From positions 1 through 24,510 of IMG/VR virus record IMGVR_UViG_3300017650_000220: DNA of 24,510 nucleotides. One strand, written 5' to 3'. Within the stretch, counting starts at the first letter, position 1, and the number at the start of each line of letters is the position of its first letter. Position numbers and translations under genes: made by a program. The DNA is from a virus. Its lineage: Duplodnaviria; Caudoviricetes. Below the pieces are notes generated by a model, which had not been told where the DNA came from, did not search any database, and was given only the letters and a program-made list of their open reading frames with translations. Of this stretch, positions 1 to 6,322 are shown piece by piece.

Positions 1-48
1 GTGGCGCGGCCGATCCTGTCCTCCAACGATGGGAGCCCGAGAGGGTTC

Positions 49-282
49 ATGAGCACGATCACCGTCAAAGGGCGGTCCGTCACTGTCGAGAAGAGGGCAC
101 TTGGCAGACGGCCAGGCGCGGTTCCGGTCGATAGGCGCCAGGACCTCGCGTCCAGGCTCGACCAGATCGAGGGGCGCATAAAACGCCTGACGGTCTCGAG
201 GCGCGATCCGGATCGGTTCTTTGAACAACGATCCGAGATCGCCGACGACGTCCGTAAGCTCGCCCTCGAGCTTCGTTTCTAG
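49..282 (+). CDS. Small hypothetical phage protein (~77 aa, predicted helical C-terminus)
   Basis: ORF 1..282; ATG at 49 preceded by GAGAGGG; amphipathic segment DLASRLDQIEGRIKRL...FFEQRSEIADDVRKLA. The start could lie further upstream. Confidence 0.55.
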   Translation: MSTITVKGRSVTVEKRALGRRPGAVPVDRRQDLASRLDQIEGRIKRLTVSRRDPDRFFEQRSEIADDVRKLALELRF

Positions 283-438
283 GGCTCATTCACCAGTTCG
301 GCACGGCGCGTTCGCCCGCCCGATCGGACCAAGTATCAGCGTTCCGATCACGCGACGTCGCGGCCGCCATGGGAACCGCCGCTGTCCGCCTCAACGCGAA
401 CGCGTTGCCGCGGCCGACGCGCCGTGCCGTCGCCCTAG
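279..438. repeat. Nested inverted repeats filling the convergent intergenic gap
   Basis: CTAGGGC 279-285/GCCCTAG 432-438; CGGCACGGCGCGT 299-311/ACGCGCCGTGCCG 417-429; GATCGGA 322-328/TCCGATC 343-349; palindrome CGCGACGTCGCG 351-362; CAACGC-GAAC-GCGTTG 392-407. Confidence 0.7.
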
Positions 439-1160
439 CGACATTCGGGCGCTATCGGCTTTCCGATTAGGTCCGCGGCAGCATCCAGCAGGTCGTAGAA
501 GTTATTGGTTTCACGAAATACATACGGCGGTGTGCTGACGGAGTCGCTCCACCCACTTGTAAAAATGATAGTCCTCGGACCACACCTCTTGCCGACGTAT
601 TCGGCAATGAGTGGCCCAACGCCGGGATAGCTCTTTCCGCTACTCATCGCGGCTATCTGTGCCGGGTCTTTGTCTTCGCTGTAGTCGGAGATCACGACGC
701 TGAACGGGCGTTCCTCAAAGCGCGCGATGCCGTCCGCGTAGGACCGGGAGACGTAAATATGGAAGCCCATGGTCTCAAGCAGGTCGACGACCTCGCGATT
801 GTTCAGCGGATTGTCGTCAACCCAAAGTATGTTGACCTTTGGATTGCCGCCTGCTGCCTCATTGAAGCGTTTGGTGAGGTGGGCCACCTGGTCGCTGGTT
901 AGTCGTTTGGTCGTGGGCGCTTCGGGGTCCAACCTGAGAGAGGACAGCTTCTGCTCTACGGCTTCGACAGAAAATGGACCAATTCCAACTTTTGTCACCC
1001 GCGTGATTAGTTGCCCAAGTCCCGCGTGATACACGAGCACGCCCACAAGAATGAGGGCTAGAAGCATCAAGTGGGGCGATGCTCTCGCCCATTCGCCCCA
1101 AGCGGACGACCTCTGGACTGCCATGGTAGGCGGTCTGTCTTGATCGTGATCTTCGGCCAT
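435..1160 (-). CDS. Membrane-anchored atypical receiver (REC/CheY-like) domain protein, moron
   Basis: Hydrophobic helix LMLLALILVGVLVY (aa 31-44); REC motifs ILWVDD (D115/D116), VVISD (D159), IIFTS (T201); canonical Lys absent; opposite strand and visibly more AT-rich than neighbours. Confidence 0.85.
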   Translation of the reverse strand: MAEDHDQDRPPTMAVQRSSAWGEWARASPHLMLLALILVGVLVYHAGLGQLITRVTKVGIGPFSVEAVEQKLSSLRLDPEAPTTKRLTSDQVAHLTKRFNEAAGGNPKVNILWVDDNPLNNREVVDLLETMGFHIYVSRSYADGIARFEERPFSVVISDYSEDKDPAQIAAMSSGKSYPGVGPLIAEYVGKRCGPRTIIFTSGWSDSVSTPPYVFRETNNFYDLLDAAADLIGKPIAPECR

Positions 1161-1173
1161 TTCTGCCCCCCCG

Positions 1174-1520
1174 GGCTTTGAGAACGGCTTCTCTCAGCCT
1201 AAATCCGATCTCGCGAGGTCGGAAAGCACTCGATGTGGGCGGCGCGTAGCAAATTTGGATGAGATACAACGCAACTTTCGGCGAGTGTGAGTAAGCTCTT
1301 TCCGACGCCCGAACGGTGATCGAGAACGGGGTGGGGCCCAGATCGCCGTCGACCAACTCACACTTTCCAACGGACTTCGCGCCGCCGGCTAGGTCGCGCC
1401 AGGGCGTCTTGCCCGATCCGGCGCGTTGAACGTCGCCGCCGGCAGGCAAAAGGTCCCCTAATTCCTGCGGCGCTCGCCGACACCGCAAGACGACCGCTCT
1501 GCTCGGCGAGGCGGACGGTC
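1174..1520 (+). promoter_or_regulatory. Divergent intergenic region with several stem-loops; probable late-operon leader/promoter region
   Basis: Stems at 1180-1193, 1204-1223, 1284-1292/1356-1364, 1313-1321/1341-1349, 1395-1400/1420-1425 and CTCGCCGA/TCGGCGAG (~1473-1510); AT-richer patch ~1248-1300; no promoter boxes confidently identified. Confidence 0.4.
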
Positions 1521-1548
1521 GAACAATCTCATTCATCGGTGGAGCGCA

Positions 1549-2307
1549 GTGGCGCGGATCAGAACCGGGCTATTTTCGAAGGCCAGCCTGCCGCGCCACC
1601 TAGATAACGGCGGCGTCTACTTCGACCTAAGCGACTTTGAGCGGCTGACTGCCAAGCTCCAAGGCGCGGCCGACCAGCTGCCGTTTGCGCTGGCGAACGC
1701 GATGTCGCGGGCCGCGTTCGTTCTGCGCGACGTGATGACAGACGACGTGTGGCCGAGGCATGTCGAGACCCGGAACAAGCGCTTCCTAACTGCCGCGCTT
1801 AGGGTCGAGAAGGCCACCAAGCGCAAACTCTCCGTTGCCCTCTTCGACAGCATCGGGCGCAGCAATCTCCTGCTGCACGCTCGAGGCGGCACGAAGCAGT
1901 CGAAGAAGCGTCTGGCGATCCCGCCTAAAGGCACCGTGCGCCGCACGGCCAAGGGCGTCGTGAAGAGCCAGAAGCCCCGAGCCATCATTGACAACACGCC
2001 GTGGCGCGCACTGCGCGTCCTTCCGCATGGCATCTTCGTCGGGCGGGGCGGTCGTCTGCACTTGGTCTATGCGTTCAAGAAGCTGGCGCACCAGAAGGCC
2101 GACGTGCCGTTCGACCATGCCTGGAACACGATCTATCGATCCGAGGTCCGCAAGGCTTTCCCGAAGGCTCTCGAGCTTGCCATGGCGACCCGGGCCAAGG
2201 CCGGCCGCTACAGCAGAGAGCTGGCAAAGGGACGCCGCTTGGTGAAATGGGGCGGGCGCCACGGCAACTCAGGCCGCCTCGGCGGGGCGGCCGTTGAGAC
2301 GAGCTGA
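1549..2307 (+). CDS. Basic neck/tail-completion protein (lambda gpZ / HK97 gp10 / Ne1-like)
   Basis: GTG with GGAG at 1541-1544; motif QLPFALANAMSRAA, Arg/Lys-rich core, C-terminal helix FPKALELAMAT typical of this family; no such gene in the neck cluster. Confidence 0.6.
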   Translation: MARIRTGLFSKASLPRHLDNGGVYFDLSDFERLTAKLQGAADQLPFALANAMSRAAFVLRDVMTDDVWPRHVETRNKRFLTAALRVEKATKRKLSVALFDSIGRSNLLLHARGGTKQSKKRLAIPPKGTVRRTAKGVVKSQKPRAIIDNTPWRALRVLPHGIFVGRGGRLHLVYAFKKLAHQKADVPFDHAWNTIYRSEVRKAFPKALELAMATRAKAGRYSRELAKGRRLVKWGGRHGNSGRLGGAAVETS

Positions 2308-2322
2308 GGCACCAGCGCCGCG

Positions 2323-2670
2323 ATGACCGCGGCGAGGGCAGGGACCGACCGGCGATCGGTCGAGACGATCATGGAGACAGGTGACCGGATGCCGAAGAGC
2401 CAGAACTGCCGTGAGATGAGCGAGATCCGTGTGAACGAGCGGCGTATCGTCTGCAAGTTCGGCCGCGATGATGTGCGCCGTCTCGTCGCGGAAGCGGCGG
2501 CCGAGGCTGCCGGCGTCGATCTGGACGACTTCGGCGTGGACTTCGACGTGAAGTTCGAGGAGCGCATCGAGGGCACGCTGGCTTATCGCGGCGGATCCGC
2601 CGCCGAGGTCACGATCACCGTCGACCTGACCGCCGGCGTCGCGGACCCAGCCCCGAACCTGCCCGGCTGA
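2323..2670 (+). CDS. Hypothetical protein; true start probably a downstream ATG (MPKSQ or MSEIR)
   Basis: Phage-like codon usage from MSEIRVNERR onward; ends immediately before the cos region. Confidence 0.6.
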   Translation: MTAARAGTDRRSVETIMETGDRMPKSQNCREMSEIRVNERRIVCKFGRDDVRRLVAEAAAEAAGVDLDDFGVDFDVKFEERIEGTLAYRGGSAAEVTITVDLTAGVADPAPNLPG

Positions 2671-2706
2671 CCGGGCGGGCACCCCCCACCCCCCCACCCC
2701 CCCTTT

Positions 2707-2806
2707 GGGTCCTCCGAGGCCCCCCGGGGCCGGGGGGGTACGCGCGACCCCCGACCCTCTGCAGGCATGGGGTCGTGAAAACTGGGTAACAGGTAACAAG
2801 GTAACA
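2707..2806 (+). promoter_or_regulatory. cos: Putative cos packaging site (cosQ-cosN-cosB-like)
   Basis: GGGTCCT at 2707-2713 is identical to lambda cosQ; dyad GGGGGT-ACGCGCG-ACCCCC ~2734-2752 at lambda-like spacing; three GGTAACA at 2785, 2792 and 2800; directly upstream of TerS. Confidence 0.75.
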
Positions 2807-2816
2807 GGCTGGCGCG

Positions 2817-3545
2817 ATGGCGAAGGATGTCCTCGGCTTCGTCAGCCAGGCCGAGTACGGCCGACACCGCGGCGTTTCTCGCAAAACCGTAACCGATTGG
2901 AAACGCAAGGGAATGCTCGTCCTCGATGCGGACGGGCGAATTGACGTTGCGATGACCGATCTGGCGCTCGATGAGCGTCCGGCCACCTATCGCGGCGGTG
3001 TTACCTCAGGGCGCAAGGGTAACGATTTGGAGTTGCCCCGGGGGCAAGTACCCGAGCAGCGCGCTCTCCGCCGCCCTAAGGTACCGGTCCAGCGAGATCC
3101 GGTCCCGGAAGACCTCGCCGACGACGAGTTCGACGACGTGCCGGTCGACCTCTCCGAGTTTGGGATCGAGCTTGCCGGCGGCTGGTCGCTCGCCGAGGCC
3201 TCGAGGGTCAAGGAGATCTTCCTGGCGCTGAAGAGGCGGCAGGACTTCCTGTTGTCGGAGAAGAAGCTGGTGCCAATCGAGGACGTCGCCGTCCAGGTCG
3301 AGGCCCAATATTCGGTCGTTCGGGAACGACTGCTGAGCATCCCCGGCAAGCTCGCCGACCGTCTGGTCGGAATGGATCGAGCGGCGATCGACGCCGCTCT
3401 GAAGCGTGAAATCAAAGAGGCGTTGAGTGAGCTTTCAGGCGTTGCCGACGGAGCGATCTCCATCGGAACGGCTGGGGCTCAGGCTGGCGGAGGCGCGGCT
3501 GGCGCTGACGCCACCGCCGGATCTCAGCCTGGCGGAGTGGTCTGA
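2817..3545 (+). CDS. terS: Terminase small subunit (Nu1-like)
   Basis: N-terminal wHTH SQAEYGRHRGVSRKTVTDWK; C-terminal LVPIEDV...VRERLLSIPGKLA...EALSELS; precedes and overlaps TerL. Confidence 0.9.
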   Translation: MAKDVLGFVSQAEYGRHRGVSRKTVTDWKRKGMLVLDADGRIDVAMTDLALDERPATYRGGVTSGRKGNDLELPRGQVPEQRALRRPKVPVQRDPVPEDLADDEFDDVPVDLSEFGIELAGGWSLAEASRVKEIFLALKRRQDFLLSEKKLVPIEDVAVQVEAQYSVVRERLLSIPGKLADRLVGMDRAAIDAALKREIKEALSELSGVADGAISIGTAGAQAGGGAAGADATAGSQPGGVV

Positions 3546-5472
3546 CGCCTATCGGTTCGTTTCGCCGAAGACGTCCGCCTCGCCAGGGCGCTGGCAGACG
3601 CGATCACAGCCGGTAGCGTTCGGACCGTTTGCCGCTATCACCGAGCCGGACACGGCGATCGTCACGGTAATGGCCGGCACGCAGGTCGTGAAGACCGAGC
3701 TCGACATCAACGTCGCGCTTTTTTTCATGACGGCAGATCCGTCGCCCATCCTGTTCGTCCAGCCGACGCAAGGCGCTGCAGAAGCGTTTTCGAAAGAGCG
3801 CGTCGAGCCGACGATCGAGGCGACCGCCGTTGTCCGCGACGCAGTCGCGCCGTTCGCCAGGCGCTGCACGATTACGCATAAGGAGTATCGCGGCGGCTCG
3901 ATCGACTTTGTCGGATCGAACAGCCCGACTGATCTCGCTTCTCGGCCGAAGCGGATCATCATTCTCGACGAGATCGACAAATATCCACCGTCGGCCGGCA
4001 AGGAAGGTGACCCGGTCGCGCTCGCCGAGGAGCGCGCGTCGACCTACCGTGCGCTTGGCCTGTCGAAGTCGATCCGCACCTGCTCGCCGACCGATGAGGA
4101 CACCAGTCGAATCGGCCGTGAATATAAGGCCAGCGACCAGCGGCGCTGCTTCGTGCCGTGCCCGTTCTGCGGCGGCCGATTTGAGCTCGCTTGGCGGCAT
4201 GTCGTCTACGACAAGGATCCGGATGGGGCGCCACTACTGGCGACCGTCGGCATCGCATGCCCGTTCTGCCCGCGCGTCTGGAGCGAGGGTGATCGACAGC
4301 GGGCGCTCGATGCCCTTGCTGATATGCCGGACCATGGTTGGCGGCAGACGCGGCCGTTCACCTGCTGCGACGAGAAACAGGATCCGGAGGTCTGGAACGA
4401 CCAAGGCCGCGCGCATTGCCGAAAGTGTGGGGTCGAGGCGCCCTATGCAGGCCATGCCGGCTTTCATATTCCGAAGCTTCTGTCGCGCCGGCACCGCTTG
4501 GCCGACATGGTCAAGGAATGGCACGGAGCGCAGGGCGATCCGGAGCTTCTGAAGAAGTTCGTCAACACTGCTCTTGCCGAACTCTGGCGGCCGGCAGGGC
4601 AAGAGACGCTGGACGGTTCGGGCTATATCACCCGCGCCGAGACCTATGGGCCGGAGGATCTGCCGAAGCCCGTGCAAGTGATCACCGGCTTCTGCGACGT
4701 CCAGGACGATCGGCTCGAGGTGCAGTTGATTGCCTGGGGGCCCGATGAAGAGAGCTGGCCCTTTCTCTACGAGGTCATCCACCGCGATCCGGCACAGCCG
4801 GCCGCTTGGCGGGAACTCGACGCCCTATTGAAGCGCAGCTTCAAGAGGGTTGACGGCAGGGTCATGCGGATAGCGGCATTCGGCATTGATGCCGGCGGCC
4901 ATCACGGCGCTCAGGTATTCGCCTTCGCGCGAAACCGGAGGAAGCGCCGGATATTCGCCACGTATGGTCGCAATGGCAGCCGGCCGCTTTGGCCGAGCAA
5001 TTTTCGCAAGACCAAAGCGGGCGAGCAGTTTTGGCCAATCGGCGTCGATACGGGCAAAGACGCGGTCTATGGCCGCTTGAAGATTCCACCGCCGGACGAT
5101 CCGGAAGGCACCGGTGACGTTCGGCGACCTGGCTTCATTCACTTCCCGACCGAGGAAGGGTTCGGCCCGGACTATTTCGAGCAGCTGACCTCGGAGCGGC
5201 GCGAAGTTCGCCGGCGTAAGGGCCAGCCCGTGTCGACATGGGTGCTGCCGCCCAACAAACGCAATGAGGCGCTCGACACCTTTGTCGGTGCGCTGGCGGT
5301 CCGAAAGTCGTTGCCGCGCCGCATCGATGCCTCGCTGGAATTCAGCCTGGCCGCCGAGGCGGCCGACGGAGACGAAAGCGCTCCGTCCGCCTCGCCCCCC
5401 GCACCGGCCGCGTCGGTACGCCAGCCCGTCCGCCCGCCGCGCCAGCGCGGGGGCTTCCTGAACAGGAGATGA
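3427..5472 (+). CDS. terL: Terminase large subunit, lambda GpA family
   Basis: PPPDLSLAEWSD, Walker A-like TQVVKT, Walker B IILDEID, CxxC motifs, nuclease DVQDDRLE, IDAGG, RNEALD; AAAGAGG upstream of GTG. Confidence 0.96.
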   Translation: MSFQALPTERSPSERLGLRLAEARLALTPPPDLSLAEWSDAYRFVSPKTSASPGRWQTRSQPVAFGPFAAITEPDTAIVTVMAGTQVVKTELDINVALFFMTADPSPILFVQPTQGAAEAFSKERVEPTIEATAVVRDAVAPFARRCTITHKEYRGGSIDFVGSNSPTDLASRPKRIIILDEIDKYPPSAGKEGDPVALAEERASTYRALGLSKSIRTCSPTDEDTSRIGREYKASDQRRCFVPCPFCGGRFELAWRHVVYDKDPDGAPLLATVGIACPFCPRVWSEGDRQRALDALADMPDHGWRQTRPFTCCDEKQDPEVWNDQGRAHCRKCGVEAPYAGHAGFHIPKLLSRRHRLADMVKEWHGAQGDPELLKKFVNTALAELWRPAGQETLDGSGYITRAETYGPEDLPKPVQVITGFCDVQDDRLEVQLIAWGPDEESWPFLYEVIHRDPAQPAAWRELDALLKRSFKRVDGRVMRIAAFGIDAGGHHGAQVFAFARNRRKRRIFATYGRNGSRPLWPSNFRKTKAGEQFWPIGVDTGKDAVYGRLKIPPPDDPEGTGDVRRPGFIHFPTEEGFGPDYFEQLTSERREVRRRKGQPVSTWVLPPNKRNEALDTFVGALAVRKSLPRRIDASLEFSLAAEAADGDESAPSASPPAPAASVRQPVRPPRQRGGFLNRR

Positions 5473-6110
5473 CAGTGTCAAAGGATCAGGCCTCGCGGAG
5501 CGAGGGAGGAGTCCGTGCCGTGCTCGCACTTGCGGAGCTCGGCGACGGCGTTCTCTCCCGTCATCACACCGGCGTGTGGAGCTATCCCGGTGCACCACTC
5601 GATCCGCATGCAACCAATCTGGTCATGCCGATTGCGCACGTCTCAGAGGCCGAGGTCCGCGAGGCGCTCGCCGCCGGCGATGTCGTCGTGGTCAGCATGA
5701 ACTCGATGAACGAGCCGCTTGCGGTCCGCGTGCTGTCGGCGGATCAGAAGCCGCCACGCATCCTGACCGGCGCAATGGCTGGTTCTCCGGAGGCCGGCAC
5801 AGAGGTGCCCGAGAACTATCGGCCGACGCACGACGCAGGCTCGGTTCCCGTCTCGCCGGCGGCCGCGGCCCGTCTCGCTGAGCGGAGCCTCGCCGCAGCA
5901 CTGACCCCACCGCAGCCCACCAAGCCGACCAAGGCGCCTCCGGGGCAGAAGCCGACGAAGTCGAAGGACAAGTCTGTCACCGCCAAGGCACCGGCAGCTG
6001 GCGCCGCGCCCGCGGCCTCAGGTGCAAGACCCGTCGACGCTGGTGCTGGCCAGCCCGAGGGCGACGCCGGCGCTGGAGCCCAGGCCCCGGCGCAGACCCC
6101 GGGCATCTGA
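5469..6110 (+). CDS. Hypothetical protein with low-complexity Pro/Ala/Lys tail
   Basis: ATGA overlap with the terL stop, AGGAG upstream, fills the gap to gpW. Confidence 0.75.
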   Translation: MTVSKDQASRSEGGVRAVLALAELGDGVLSRHHTGVWSYPGAPLDPHATNLVMPIAHVSEAEVREALAAGDVVVVSMNSMNEPLAVRVLSADQKPPRILTGAMAGSPEAGTEVPENYRPTHDAGSVPVSPAAAARLAERSLAAALTPPQPTKPTKAPPGQKPTKSKDKSVTAKAPAAGAAPAASGARPVDAGAGQPEGDAGAGAQAPAQTPGI

Positions 6111-6115
6111 ACCAG

Positions 6116-6322
6116 ATGGCAGAATCGAACGACCTGCAGCGTCGCCTCCTTGCGATCGAGGAGGCGATCGACAGCGGCGCGTTGCGCGTCAGCTATGACG
6201 GAAAGGCAGTCGATTATCGTAGCCTTGCCGAAATGCGGTCCGTGCGCGATGCGCTGCGCCGCCAGCTCGGCCTGACGGTTCCGACGCGACGCACCGTCGC
6301 TCGCTTCACGAGCGGCTTCTAG
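6116..6322 (+). CDS. Head-tail joining protein, gpW-like
   Basis: 68 aa, AIDSGALRVSYDGKAVDYRSLAEM; located immediately before the portal. Confidence 0.9.
   Translation: MAESNDLQRRLLAIEEAIDSGALRVSYDGKAVDYRSLAEMRSVRDALRRQLGLTVPTRRTVARFTSGF

Noticed and set aside
221-538. 105-aa plus-strand ORF across the inverted-repeat region
   Set aside because: Overlaps both neighbours and has Arg/Pro/Ser composition typical of non-coding GC-rich frames
859-1536. 225-aa minus-strand ORF
   Set aside because: Overlaps the REC gene out of frame, is Arg/Ser/Pro-rich and has no domain signal; a short real peptide cannot be fully excluded
2785-2806. CRISPR-like or iteron array
   Set aside because: 7-bp units with no spacers; the context points to terminase binding sites
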